DNA of 64,000 nt from Coraliomargarita sp. (GCA_965216325.1 OZ244160.1:2496001-2560000), one strand, 5' to 3'; positions 21,923 through 32,281 are shown, counted from the stretch's first letter. The notes: generated from the letters alone by a model not told the origin. Made by a program: numbers and translations.

Positions 21923-23218
21923 CTAGGCAGTAATCTGCGTGCCGTCGAAGACTTGCTTGCCACCTACAATCGTGGCTTTGACTTTGCCCTTGAGTGTTTT
22001 CCCGTTCCAAGGGCAGTTGCGCGACTTGCTGAAGAATTTGTCCGGATCAACCACCCATTCCTTATCTGGATCAAAGAGGCAGATGTCTGCATTGGCGCCG
22101 GCGCTGAGCGTGCCGGCTTCGAGCTTGCAGAGTTCTGCGCCTTTGTGAGTCATGAGTGCGATGACATCGCTCAAGCTCATGGTACCGCTGTGGTACAGCG
22201 TGCCGAGGCTGGATGCCAAGGAGTTTTCCAAACCGATGATGCCGAATGGGGCGTAGTCAAATTCGCGGTCTTTCTCGGTTTCAGTATGGGGTGCGTGATC
22301 GGTGGCAATACAGTCGAGTGTGCCATCGCAAAGACCTTCGATTAAGGCCGCTCGGTCTTCTGCAGTGCGCAGCGGCGGATTCATTTTAAAGACGGTGTCG
22401 TAGTCCTTGAGGTGCGCATCGGTAAATTCGATGTGGTGTGGGCTGGCTTCACCGGTGACACGGATACCGCGCTTCTTTGCTGCACGAAGGATGTCGACTG
22501 AAGCTGCGGAACTGACGTGCTGCATATGGATGTGTGCACCGGTCAGTCGGGAAAGGATGACGTTGCGGGCAACGATAATGTCTTCCGCTGCTTTCGGCCA
22601 ACCACGCAGGCCAAGCTTGAGTGACCATTCGCCCTCATTCATGACCGCGTCCTCAGTGAGGCTCGCGTCTTGGCAGTGGTCCATGATCGGCAGGCCAAAC
22701 ATGTTGGCATATTCGACAGCACGGCGCATGATCTCGTTACTTTGGACACATTTGCCATCGTCGGTGACGGCTACGATTCCGGCGCTGAGCAGTTGGCCGG
22801 TTGGTGCGAGTTGTTCACCATTCATACCGATCGTCAGGCAGCCAGTGGGGTGCACGCGCACAACAGCTTCTCGGTCCACCTTGTCCATGATGCGCTGGAT
22901 GGTGCCCGCGTTGTCACATACCGGGCTCGTGTTGGGCATGCACACCACGGTGGTGAATCCACCTGCGGCAGCGGCTTCAGAGCCACTGCGAATGTCTTCT
23001 TTATGCGTCTGGCCCGGGTCGCGAAAATGCACGTGGATGTCGACGAGGCCAGGTGCGACCACTAGACCACTCGCATCGATCTTGGTGGCCTCGGCTTGTT
23101 GAGCATCGGTCAACGAATCGACGAGCACGCCATCGACTGCGTAGATGTCGGCGACTGCATCGCGTTTATTTGCTGGGTCGATGACTCGACCACCAGTTAT
23201 CCAGAGTATGTCTGACAT
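21923..23218 (-). CDS. pyrC: Dihydroorotase (type I)
   Basis: DIHVHFRDPG, GGFTTVVCMPNT, KMNPPLR, TDHAPH. Confidence 0.96.
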   Translation of the reverse strand: MSDILWITGGRVIDPANKRDAVADIYAVDGVLVDSLTDAQQAEATKIDASGLVVAPGLVDIHVHFRDPGQTHKEDIRSGSEAAAAGGFTTVVCMPNTSPVCDNAGTIQRIMDKVDREAVVRVHPTGCLTIGMNGEQLAPTGQLLSAGIVAVTDDGKCVQSNEIMRRAVEYANMFGLPIMDHCQDASLTEDAVMNEGEWSLKLGLRGWPKAAEDIIVARNVILSRLTGAHIHMQHVSSAASVDILRAAKKRGIRVTGEASPHHIEFTDAHLKDYDTVFKMNPPLRTAEDRAALIEGLCDGTLDCIATDHAPHTETEKDREFDYAPFGIIGLENSLASSLGTLYHSGTMSLSDVIALMTHKGAELCKLEAGTLSAGANADICLFDPDKEWVVDPDKFFSKSRNCPWNGKTLKGKVKATIVGGKQVFDGTQITA

Positions 23219-23260
23219 GGATATGGAATTGAAACGTTCAGATTATAAATGGGTGCAGGA

Positions 23261-24223
23261 TTAGCAGCTCGGTAGCTCAACCGGGATGCCCTTGTGGTAG
23301 CAGTGGCAGAGGTGAAGGACTGCCATGCGGACGACGATGCCGTTGGTTACCTGTTGGAGGATCACGGAGCGATCGGAGTCTGCCAGCTCAGAGTCGATTT
23401 CAACGCCGCGGTTGATCGGGCCTGGGTGCATGATGATCGCGCCGGGCTTGAGCCACTTCGCGCGATCTTTGTTGAGCCCGAACATGCTCTTGTATTCGCC
23501 GATAGAAGGGAAGTGAGTCGAGGACTGGCGCTCGTGCTGAATACGCAGTAGCATCACTGCATCGGCATCTTCAAGGGCGCTTTTCAAATCGTGGCAGACC
23601 GTTGCCCCCATAGACTCAAAGCCTTCGGGGACAAGGGTGCTTGGACCGGCGATGGTGACTTTAGCACCCAGCTTTTGCAGGCAAATGATGTTCGAGCGGG
23701 CCACACGGCTGAAGAGGATGTCACCCAAAATAGTGATCTTCTTACCATCTAGGCTACCGAGTTTCTCGAGTAGTGTGAACGAGTCGAGCAGTGCTTGGGT
23801 TGGGTGAGAGTGTGAGCCGTCGCCAGCATTAACCACCGGAATGTCGACCACCTTGCTGAGGTAATTCGGTGCGCCCGAGGCTGAGTGACGCATGATGATG
23901 ACGTCCGCCTTGAGTGCCTGCATGTTTTGTGCGGTATCGCGCAGTGTCTCGCCCTTGGTCAAGCTGCTGGCTGCAGCGGTTACCGTAATCGTGTCAGCAC
24001 TCAGGCGGCTGGCAGCCACTTCGAAGGCAAGGCGCGTGCGCGTGCTGGGTTCGAGGAACAGGTTCACTACGGTGCGCCCGTTGAGATAGGGCTGCTTCTT
24101 ATCGTCGGCTTCCATGGCCTTTTTGAAGGCGGTTGCGGCTGTAAAAATCGTTTCGATTTCAGCGCGGGAGAGTGGCTCGATGCCGATGAGGTCTTTTCGG
24201 TTCCAGGAAAGGCTAGTGCTCAT
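23261..24223 (-). CDS. pyrB: Aspartate carbamoyltransferase catalytic subunit
   Basis: FLEPSTRTR, KGETLRDT, HPTQALLD, SRVARSN, HPGPINRG. Confidence 0.97.
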   Translation of the reverse strand: MSTSLSWNRKDLIGIEPLSRAEIETIFTAATAFKKAMEADDKKQPYLNGRTVVNLFLEPSTRTRLAFEVAASRLSADTITVTAAASSLTKGETLRDTAQNMQALKADVIIMRHSASGAPNYLSKVVDIPVVNAGDGSHSHPTQALLDSFTLLEKLGSLDGKKITILGDILFSRVARSNIICLQKLGAKVTIAGPSTLVPEGFESMGATVCHDLKSALEDADAVMLLRIQHERQSSTHFPSIGEYKSMFGLNKDRAKWLKPGAIIMHPGPINRGVEIDSELADSDRSVILQQVTNGIVVRMAVLHLCHCYHKGIPVELPSC

Positions 24224-24330
24224 GAGTATGCGTGGCAACCGCAGCGAGACTCAGTGCGCGGCTCCGAAGATGGAAATCTGATTTCCCCGCAGAAAAGAGC
24301 AACGGAAAATTGAGGGCGGTTTAGGGCGAA

Positions 24331-24446
24331 CGAAAGTATTTCATACTTCCGCTACGGTTTTTCGTGTCGCGGAATTACGCAGTCGTTCGAAACTGTTGCC
24401 ACAGTTCCGTTACGGGGAATGGTAGCGGACGTGGGAAGCACTTTCG
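24331..24446. repeat. Four alternating GTAG-type REP-like palindromes (family A)
   Basis: 24331-24355 (reverse complement GTAGCGGAAGTATGAAATACTTTCG), 24366-24389 (degenerate), 24388-24413 (reverse complement GTAACGGAACTGTGGCAACAGTTTCG), 24422-24446 GTAGCGGACGTGGGAAGCACTTTCG. Confidence 0.75.
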
Positions 24447-24459
24447 GTGTAGGACCAGC

Positions 24460-25188
24460 CTACAACCACTTCGTAATTGACGGAATCGGGTAGGCGCGTT
24501 GGCCGCTTTCGAGGCGCTCCATGTATTTGTCCGGATCTTGGTCTTCGGGGCGCTCGTCTTCGAACTCGTCCTCTTCGATCGGGATGAGTTCGTCGAAATA
24601 CAGTGAATAGCGCCGGGCCTCAGGATCGAGCACTTCGGGTGGGTTCGCTACACGGCCTTTTTTGACCAGCATGAAGCGGCAAGGGAAATACTGTTTGGTG
24701 TAGCGTTCTTCGAAGGCTTTGATCCACTTGTTGTCGACATCCTGACGTTGGCTGAGCAGCACGACGTCGGAAAAGTGAATGCAGGCATCATACCACGCTT
24801 GTGCTTTCTCATTCGCCTTGAGGAAGCTGCAATGCACAACCGTCATCAATCGCGCGATCGGGCAATTATTGTGGTCGGTCCATTGCTTGATCGCTTCAAC
24901 CACATCGCTTGGGTCGCTATCGCCCGGAGCCATGAAGATGATCTTCTCCGGTGCGGCGGTAATCGCACCATGGGCGACTTTGCACTTGTTGAGCTTCCAG
25001 TCGACCACGCTGACGTTCTCGCGCTCGTTGAGCTTGGCGTCGAATTCCGACTCGGCTTCGCCTTCGGGACGGAAGTAGAGCACCTGTGAGTCTTTGTCGA
25101 CGCCACCTTCGATCAGGTCGAAGATCACCGCGCGGCGATCAGATCCGGTGATACCAAAGACGACGTAAACTAGTGGAGAGTCAGACAT
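24460..25188 (-). CDS. Hypothetical protein resembling a degenerate CobW/COG0523 GTPase domain
   Basis: VVFGITGSDRRAVI, APGDSDP, LMTVVHC, IHFSDVVLLS occur in the order of CobW motifs. Confidence 0.7.
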   Translation of the reverse strand: MSDSPLVYVVFGITGSDRRAVIFDLIEGGVDKDSQVLYFRPEGEAESEFDAKLNERENVSVVDWKLNKCKVAHGAITAAPEKIIFMAPGDSDPSDVVEAIKQWTDHNNCPIARLMTVVHCSFLKANEKAQAWYDACIHFSDVVLLSQRQDVDNKWIKAFEERYTKQYFPCRFMLVKKGRVANPPEVLDPEARRYSLYFDELIPIEEDEFEDERPEDQDPDKYMERLESGQRAYPIPSITKWL

Positions 25189-25302
25189 GAATAGTGGCCC
25201 ACACGAAGCGGAGTGTAGATGGCGTAGCAAATCTCACTAATTGTCACGAATTCCACACGTTGTTTTTGTTCGTACAGAGTCGTGTCATTCGTGGGCGGTT
25301 TC

Positions 25303-26394
25303 TTAATCAAACTTAAACGATTCGCACTGCGCTTTGTGGCGCATCCAGTGGTCGACGAGCACGAGTGCTGCCATGGATTCGACGATTGGCACGGCGCGTG
25401 GCACGACGCAAGGGTCGTGGCGGCCGCGGCCCATGAGTTCGGTCTCGTTGCCGTCCTTGTCAACGGTGTCCTGCTTCTGAATCAGTGTTGCAGTTGGCTT
25501 GAAGGCGACACGGAAGATTAATTCTTCGCCATTGCTGATGCCGCCTTGCACGCCACCTGAGCGGTTGGTGGCGGTGCCGACTTTGCCGTCCTTGTTGATG
25601 AAAATGTCGTTGTGCTCAGAGCCCTTTTGCAAGCTGCCGTCAAACCCGCTACCCACTTCGAAACCCTTGGTTGCTGGGAGCGAGAGCATCGCTTTGGCGA
25701 GGTCTGCTTCAAGACGGTCAAAGACCGGCACGCCGAGACCTACCGGGAGGTTACGCACGCGGCACTCAATGAGTCCGCCAACAGAGTCGCCCTCTGCACG
25801 CACTTCGCGAATGCGATCAGCCATCTTCTCTGCGGCTTCCGGATCGGGGCAGCGCACTGGGTTGGCTTCGACTGCTTCGAGTGTTGGGAAACCTTCGATC
25901 TTGGCTTCGATGTCGTGCACACGAGTGATGTAGGCGCGCACTTCGATGTCGCCGGCGAGTTTGAGAATCTTCTTGGCAATGGCACCGGCTGCTACGCGGC
26001 CAATGGTTTCACGGGCAGAGGAACGGCCGCCGCCTTCGTGGTTGCGGATGCCGAATTTGGTTTGATACGTGAAGTCCGCATGAGAGGGGCGGAACTTATC
26101 CTTCATCTCGGAGTAGGCGGACGGACGCTGGTCGCCGTTGGGCACGTAGATACCGATCGGGGTGCCGAGTGTTTGGCCTTCGTAGACGCCCGATACGATC
26201 TCCGCAGTGTCGCTTTCTTTGCGCGGCGTAGTGATGTCGCTTTGCCCTGGGCGTCGGCGGTCGAGTTCGAACTGAATGTCTTCGACCGATAGCGGCAAAC
26301 GCGGCGGGCAGCCGTCGACGACGACGCCGATGCCGCCACCGTGACTTTCGCCCCAAGTGGATATACGGAAGAGTGTGCCAAAGGAATTACCCAT
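25303..26394 (-). CDS. aroC: Chorismate synthase
   Basis: [35 protein letters not shown]. Confidence 0.98.
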   Translation of the reverse strand: MGNSFGTLFRISTWGESHGGGIGVVVDGCPPRLPLSVEDIQFELDRRRPGQSDITTPRKESDTAEIVSGVYEGQTLGTPIGIYVPNGDQRPSAYSEMKDKFRPSHADFTYQTKFGIRNHEGGGRSSARETIGRVAAGAIAKKILKLAGDIEVRAYITRVHDIEAKIEGFPTLEAVEANPVRCPDPEAAEKMADRIREVRAEGDSVGGLIECRVRNLPVGLGVPVFDRLEADLAKAMLSLPATKGFEVGSGFDGSLQKGSEHNDIFINKDGKVGTATNRSGGVQGGISNGEELIFRVAFKPTATLIQKQDTVDKDGNETELMGRGRHDPCVVPRAVPIVESMAALVLVDHWMRHKAQCESFKFD

Positions 26395-26521
26395 AAGTGC
26401 AAGGAGTTAGGAGGAAGAAGCTGGCGGTGAGAAGCTTAATTTATCGCTTTTAGAAGAGCTTACACTTGATGCGGATGCGGCTCTACGAAAGAGTGTGCGC
26501 CTGATTCTCGGTCCGCATTCT

Positions 26522-26848
26522 ATGAGTGATTATAATCAAAACATGTTTTCCCAGCCCCTGAAGCCTGACCCCGGTAAAGCCTCGACAGTGCGGGAATTAC
26601 AGCATCGGGTTGATAAATTAGAGCTAATTACAGAAGCCTTGTGGAGGTTGTTGAAGGAGAATACAGACCTTGATGAGACCGACTTGCTTGAGCGTGTTGC
26701 GCAGGTGGATCTCATGGACGGTCGATATGACCGTAAAAAGAGTAAGATCAGTGTCATTGAATGCAAACGCTGTGGGCGCAAGAACAGCAAGCGGCACACT
26801 CAGTGCCTTTACTGCGGTGACGTTATCCTGATCGGCCCGTTTGATTAG
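26522..26848 (+). CDS. Small protein with C-terminal zinc ribbon
   Basis: Helical N-terminus; CKRC...CLYC. Confidence 0.75.
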   Translation: MSDYNQNMFSQPLKPDPGKASTVRELQHRVDKLELITEALWRLLKENTDLDETDLLERVAQVDLMDGRYDRKKSKISVIECKRCGRKNSKRHTQCLYCGDVILIGPFD

Positions 26849-26857
26849 CCGAATCCA

Positions 26858-27952
26858 CTAGCTGCTCGGATGCTTGCCCAGCAGCCCATCCGGCCAGAAT
26901 GCTGCGTCGCCTTCGAGCCCGAGCGTAATCGTCAGGTTCAGGAAGGTGAGGTCGCCCATCGAGTTGCACAACATGAAGCGGTGGTCGTTGTGCAGGCGGG
27001 CTAGTTCCTGGCGCAGCTGACGCATCTTTTCCATACTCGAAATTTGATCGGCGCACATGCAGTCGCGCAGATGGTTGACGCGTGCCAGGGCGAAGTTGAG
27101 ACGACGCTTGATCAGTGTGCGCTCTTCGCGCTGATACTGGTGACTGGTCTCGAGGTTGATCAGCTCGGTGCAGAGTTTCACCACTGGCAGGTTGTTTTTG
27201 AAAAACTGCGGTAGGTAGAGAGAGCGGCGGCCTTCGTAACTTTGCTGGTCGAAGTCGATCGCACGCACACGGTATTGGTTTTGCTCGAAGTCCGGGCTGA
27301 CCTGCACGACGTAGTTGTAAGCGCGCATATCGCCGAGTAGGCGCACGAAGCAGCGCTCGTTGAATTTGATAAACTCCTTGGCCAGACGCACCGAGTGCAG
27401 GTCGGGGCGGGGGAGGTATTCGCGGATGAAGTCGTCACCCGGCACGCCAATGATGTGCTCTTCGATCAAGGTGTCGCCGTAGACCAGAAAGTTGATGTCG
27501 TTCGGCGAGAGCAACTGCTCGAGTTCGAGGCCGTAGATGCGGGAGGCGTCGGCCTTCTTGACGTAAAAGTAGTCGTGGTTGTCGTTGTATTGATTGACCA
27601 CGCGCACACGCATCGGCTTGGTATTGCCGAAGGTGCAGAAGTCGACGCGGTCGATGTAGAGATTACTGAGAATCGTCTCGTCGCCACCGGAACGGAGTTG
27701 CACGTAGATGCGCTTCAGTCCGTCGTAGAGTTCGCGGCCGAGTTGTTGCTCGTAGATCAGCGTCTGCCACAGTGTGTCTTCGCCGTCTTTGTTCATGAGC
27801 GGGAAGGCGTCCTCGTATTGGAGGAGGTCTTCGTAGGTGACCGGCAGGTCCATGGCGCGCAGATATTCGCCCAGATACTCACGGAATTGACCGTTGATCG
27901 GGAAGAATTGTTTACGTTGCTGTGTGGGAACCGGCTGCATCTCTGTTGGCAT
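26858..27952 (-). CDS. Hypothetical protein with kinase-like motifs
   Basis: 364-aa ORF; YFYVKKAD, LLGDMRAYNY, RAIDFDQQ. Confidence 0.8.
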   Translation of the reverse strand: MPTEMQPVPTQQRKQFFPINGQFREYLGEYLRAMDLPVTYEDLLQYEDAFPLMNKDGEDTLWQTLIYEQQLGRELYDGLKRIYVQLRSGGDETILSNLYIDRVDFCTFGNTKPMRVRVVNQYNDNHDYFYVKKADASRIYGLELEQLLSPNDINFLVYGDTLIEEHIIGVPGDDFIREYLPRPDLHSVRLAKEFIKFNERCFVRLLGDMRAYNYVVQVSPDFEQNQYRVRAIDFDQQSYEGRRSLYLPQFFKNNLPVVKLCTELINLETSHQYQREERTLIKRRLNFALARVNHLRDCMCADQISSMEKMRQLRQELARLHNDHRFMLCNSMGDLTFLNLTITLGLEGDAAFWPDGLLGKHPSS

Positions 27953-28168
27953 GGATTCGCTAGGCTGAACGGGCTTTTGCTGGGGTTCAATCTAAACTCT
28001 TGAGTGATTTCTGAAAGTCGTAGCGTGCCGCTGCAGCAAACACGTTACCTGTGCTGGATAGAGCGTTTGCTGAAGTTGCGCGCTACGCTGATCGATATCA
28101 TACTGCCTCAGCGGGCAGAAAATTTAACTTTAGGGTTGATCGCTGGGCGCGAGTTGCTGTCTTCTGCG

Positions 28169-28268
28169 GGTGGCCGGGTCCTATGCAATGTTCGGTCCGA
28201 TGAACCCCGTCAGGTCCGGAAGGAAGCAGCGGTAATTGGAACAACATGTCGTAGGGTGCCTGGCCACT
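28169..28268 (+). ncRNA. ffs: Signal recognition particle RNA (4.5S)
   Basis: Conserved domain IV CCGTCAGGTCCGGAAGGAAGCAGCGG; terminal stem GTGGCCGGG/CCTGGCCAC; upstream of dnaX. Confidence 0.95.
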
Positions 28269-28363
28269 TTTGTGTCCGGATGTCGGGTTCGGCCAAAGAT
28301 TTTGCACTCTTCTAAAAAAGCCCCTTGCAAGGCTTTGGAAATGAGCGCTTCTTGAGTGCTTCG

Positions 28364-29518
28364 ATGGAACAAGGTTATCAAGTTATCGCGCGCCGCTGGC
28401 GTCCCAAGCAGTTCGATGAGCTGGTGGGGCAAGACCACATCATTCGCACCTTGCGTAACGCCATCGAAACCAACCGTATCGCGCACGCCTACTTGTTTGT
28501 GGGGCCGCGGGGCACGGGTAAAACCAGCTCCGCACGTCTGTTTGCTAAGGCGCTCAATGCTGAGGGTGGCCCCAGTGTTTCGCCGGACAACGAGTCTGAC
28601 ATTAGCAAGGCGATCATGACGGGCTCGTGCATGGACGTGATCGAAATCGACGGTGCGTCCAACAACAGCGTCGACCAGATCCGCGACCTGCGTGACGACT
28701 GCCAATACGCGCCCACGCAGTGCAGCTTCAAGATCTACATTATCGACGAGGTGCACATGCTGACTACTGCGGCATTCAACGCATTGTTGAAGACGCTCGA
28801 AGAGCCGCCGCCGCACGTGAAGTTCATTTTCGCGACCACTGAGTCGCATAAAGTGTTGCCAACCATCGTCTCGCGTTGTCAACGCTTCGAGTTCCGCCCG
28901 ATTGCGGACGAGGTGATCGTTGAGAAACTCAAAACCATTTCCGAAGCCGAAGGCATCAATGTCGAGCGCGCTGCGCTGGAGTCGATCGCACGACTGGCTA
29001 ATGGCGGTATGCGCGACTCGCAGTCGATCCTCGACCAGATGATTTCCTTCTGTGGCAATGAGATCGCCGAAAGCGATGTGCTCGATGTGTATGGTCTCGC
29101 TTCGGCAGATCGTATTGCCGAGCTCGCGCGCTCGATCGGTTCGCTCAACTACCCGGCCATTCTTGCGGCAGTGGACGCTTTTGCGGACGAGGGCCGTGAT
29201 CTGTTTCGTATTTTGCAGGATTTGCAGGCGCACATTCGCACCGCACTCTTGGATGCCATCGCGAACAAGGGCGCGTCCGACAAGCTTGGCACTCCGCTGA
29301 CCACTGAGTCGATCATGCGTATGCTGGATGCACTCCACCAAGGTGAGGCATCGGTGCAAAAAGGACTTTCTGAGAAGGTGAACTTCGAAGTGGTGCTGCT
29401 CAAGGCCGCTGAAGAGTCCCGCTCCCGCGCCATTGATAGCCTGATCAAACAGCTGGCGAATGCCGAAGTTGCTGAATCTGGCAGCGAGGGTGGTAGCGAA
29501 GGCGAAAAAAAAAACTAG
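28364..29518 (+). CDS. dnaX: DNA polymerase III subunit gamma/tau (frame-0 product, gamma length)
   Basis: [50 protein letters not shown]; ends GEKKN*. Confidence 0.97.
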   Translation: MEQGYQVIARRWRPKQFDELVGQDHIIRTLRNAIETNRIAHAYLFVGPRGTGKTSSARLFAKALNAEGGPSVSPDNESDISKAIMTGSCMDVIEIDGASNNSVDQIRDLRDDCQYAPTQCSFKIYIIDEVHMLTTAAFNALLKTLEEPPPHVKFIFATTESHKVLPTIVSRCQRFEFRPIADEVIVEKLKTISEAEGINVERAALESIARLANGGMRDSQSILDQMISFCGNEIAESDVLDVYGLASADRIAELARSIGSLNYPAILAAVDAFADEGRDLFRILQDLQAHIRTALLDAIANKGASDKLGTPLTTESIMRMLDALHQGEASVQKGLSEKVNFEVVLLKAAEESRSRAIDSLIKQLANAEVAESGSEGGSEGEKKN

Positions 29519-29910
29519 TCTTTGATTCAGTCGAATCGACCGAGCCATTGCCGCCGCTGGTCTTACCCGAAGCCGCTCCGACGCCGGAGCCAATGGCGGA
29601 ACCCAGTGGCACGCCCATCGCCGTTGAAGTGGACGATGATCCCGATGCAATCCTGCGCGCCATGGCGGGAGAGGGCACCATCGTCGAAGAAATTACTGAA
29701 GAGGATGGTGTCGAAGAAGATCCGGATCCTTTTGGTGCTGCGGGCGCAGCCGTCGTCGAAGCTGCAGTCGCGCAGACCAGCCAAAATCTCATGACCGTTC
29801 CTGAGGCGGAAGCGAAACTTGGTGCCGAGGTGCTACAGGTGCTCGACCAGCGCTTCAAAGGTCGCGTCAGCGAGGTCCGTCACGTCGACGAGCGTGATTT
29901 GATTTTTTAG
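29515..29910 (+). CDS. dnaX: Probable tau-specific C-terminal extension of DnaX, in the -1 frame after the A10 run
   Basis: Open frame directly after A10 (29505-29514): acidic Pro/Glu linker then [19 protein letters not shown]. Confidence 0.75.
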   Translation, partial: LVFDSVESTEPLPPLVLPEAAPTPEPMAEPSGTPIAVEVDDDPDAILRAMAGEGTIVEEITEEDGVEEDPDPFGAAGAAVVEAAVAQTSQNLMTVPEAEAKLGAEVLQVLDQRFKGRVSEVRHVDERDLIF

Positions 29911-30065
29911 CAGACTGGCCTTGACAGAGGGCGGTTGTCTTGGCTTTTTGCCTGCTTCCCTTTTTTACGGGGCTGTTCTTTTCAAATCAATTTTCCTTGG
30001 CGATGTATTTCGCGAAAACGTGTCGCTTTGTCGCACGAATTGATTAAATTTACAGATAGACTTTA

Positions 30066-30332
<267 letters not shown>

Positions 30333-30351
30333 GGTATTTAGATACTGCGAC

Positions 30352-32217
30352 CTAGATGACGATCGCCGGCTCGTTTGTCTGGTGGTGGGCGATGAAGTCG
30401 ATATAACCTTCTTTGCCCATATAGCGCTGCAGGATTTTCGCGTCGGTTTTGGTCAGGTCGACCAGGATCAGTCCGTCGATGACATCGCTGAAGGCAGGGT
30501 CGACGTTGAAACTCAAGAGGGTGCCGTTGAGCTTCAGGTAGTGTTTGAGTAGGACCGGGATGCCTTTTTCGTCGTCTTCGAAGCCCGAGACGATGGCTGA
30601 GATTGCGTTGTCGGAGGTGATGGATTCGCCGATGTCTTTAATGGAAATGCCACGTGCTTTGCGGGTGGCCTTTGGGGGCTTCTTGGCACGTACGAGTGAG
30701 GCCATCTCGTCGTCGAAACTGTGCTCGCGGAAGTAGTGGACCATCAGGTCCTTGGAGAGTTTGTGATAGGCGTCGGTAATACTGACGGGTCCGAAGAGCA
30801 GTTTGTATTTGGGGTGTCGCACACAGAACTCGCCAATGCCACGCCAAATGAGGGCGAGGGAGGCATGCTTCTTTTGATATTTCAGGCAGATGAAAGAGCG
30901 GCCGAGCTCGATGCCGTTGGAGAGTTTGTCGAGCAAGCCGTGTTTGAATTTAAACAGCGTCGCGGTGTAGAGGCCTTGTTTGCCGTAGCGGTCGACGATT
31001 TGGTCAATTAGGCCAATGCGATAGGCCCCAACGATCTCGTCCTCTTTATGGTCCCACATAAAGAGATGCAGATAGTAGTCGTCGTATTCGTCGAGATCTC
31101 GAGCGTTGCCTGTGCCCTCTTGGACTGCGCGGAAGGTTTCTTCGCGTAAGCGGCCGATTTCTTTGAGGGTGTTGGGGATCTGGTCGGCACTGACGCAATA
31201 GATTGAGTAGTCGCCTTGTTCGACCAGTGTGCATGCTGAAGGGAGGCTTTCGATCTCAGTACGAATGCGATGCTTGGGAAGTGATGGTGCGAGTGGATGT
31301 AGCTGCTTTGAACTGGATGCTGAGCGGAAGGGCAGGCGTAGCTTCTTGCGTGGGCTTTTCGTGAGCGGTTTGGCGCGTAGGGCGTAGGTTTGCAGGCGTA
31401 GGTATTCAGTGGCTGCTGAGGTGCTCTCGAACTGCTCGAGTTGTTTGGCTTTGATTGTTTTGCCGATACGTACCTGTAGTTGAGCGCCTTGTTTTCGACA
31501 GAATTCACGGGCGAGCATCAGTGTCCTTAGGCGAGGGTGAATCATCCCCATTAACTGAAACAGCAGGCTATTACACCCTTCGAAATAGACGGGTAGAATG
31601 TGCGCGTTCGTCCGCTGCGCTAGTTGAGTGATGTGGTCCGTCCATGGGCGGTCGATCACCGCGCGGTTTTTCCAACTGAAGGCGGAGACTTCACCTGCGG
31701 GGAAAACACCGAGGCAGCCGCCGCCTTTGAGCCAACGTAGCGCATCGCGCATCCCGGAGAGGTTGGAGCGGGCTGAATCCGCACGTTCGAAGGGGTCGAC
31801 ATTGATGATGCTGCCACGGATACCTTCCATTTCGGAGAGCAGGTAATTGCCCATCAATTTGGAGTCGGCACGGATGCCGGCCAGCATCGCGCCGAGGACC
31901 ACACCGTCGATTCCACCGAATGGATGGTTGGAGAGGACAATCAGTGGTCCTTCCTTGGGGATGCGCTCATAGGCCTTGGTTTCCACTTCGAAGTGTGTAC
32001 TCATGATTTTGAGCACTTTACTGAAAAAGGCCGGATCGTTTTCGCTGTCGGTCAGCTGCGCGTGCACATCGATGTAGATATCGTTGAGTTGGCTGATCCC
32101 GAGGCCGCTCTTAAGCAGCGGCGTAAGAGGTTTTAGCAGCGCGGTGACACCTCGGGCTTCTTTAAAGAAGGCGTCCACGTCGATTAGTGTCGGCGATGTT
32201 TTGTTCGCGGTGCTCAC
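30352..32217 (-). CDS. Bifunctional PlsC-type O-acyltransferase + GNAT N-acyltransferase (OlsF-like, often annotated hemolysin)
   Basis: NHPFGGIDG (HX4D), FPAGEV; IGRLREETFR, DLDEYD, VGAYRIG, ELGRSF, PVLLKHYL. Confidence 0.85.
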   Translation of the reverse strand: MSTANKTSPTLIDVDAFFKEARGVTALLKPLTPLLKSGLGISQLNDIYIDVHAQLTDSENDPAFFSKVLKIMSTHFEVETKAYERIPKEGPLIVLSNHPFGGIDGVVLGAMLAGIRADSKLMGNYLLSEMEGIRGSIINVDPFERADSARSNLSGMRDALRWLKGGGCLGVFPAGEVSAFSWKNRAVIDRPWTDHITQLAQRTNAHILPVYFEGCNSLLFQLMGMIHPRLRTLMLAREFCRKQGAQLQVRIGKTIKAKQLEQFESTSAATEYLRLQTYALRAKPLTKSPRKKLRLPFRSASSSKQLHPLAPSLPKHRIRTEIESLPSACTLVEQGDYSIYCVSADQIPNTLKEIGRLREETFRAVQEGTGNARDLDEYDDYYLHLFMWDHKEDEIVGAYRIGLIDQIVDRYGKQGLYTATLFKFKHGLLDKLSNGIELGRSFICLKYQKKHASLALIWRGIGEFCVRHPKYKLLFGPVSITDAYHKLSKDLMVHYFREHSFDDEMASLVRAKKPPKATRKARGISIKDIGESITSDNAISAIVSGFEDDEKGIPVLLKHYLKLNGTLLSFNVDPAFSDVIDGLILVDLTKTDAKILQRYMGKEGYIDFIAHHQTNEPAIVI

Positions 32218-32281
32218 TGTGTGCGGGTGAAACCTGAGTTAAGGGCTAAAGCGGAAAACGGATTCACTCAAGTCTCAGACT

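Noticed and set aside
24239..24459. PyrR-type attenuator upstream of pyrB
   Set aside because: No PyrR-binding loop recognised and no pyrR gene; the hairpins are explained by REP-like units.
28181..29650. 489-aa minus-strand ORF
   Set aside because: Antisense shadow of dnaX and ffs; no protein motifs. The same applies to 7986..8909, 22407..23102, 25612..26292, 27395..28003 and 43475..44299.
29522..29794. 90-aa ORF in dnaX frame 0 after the TAG, suggesting stop readthrough
   Set aside because: Arg/Ser/Pro-rich off-frame composition; the -1 frame gives the protein-like tau tail.
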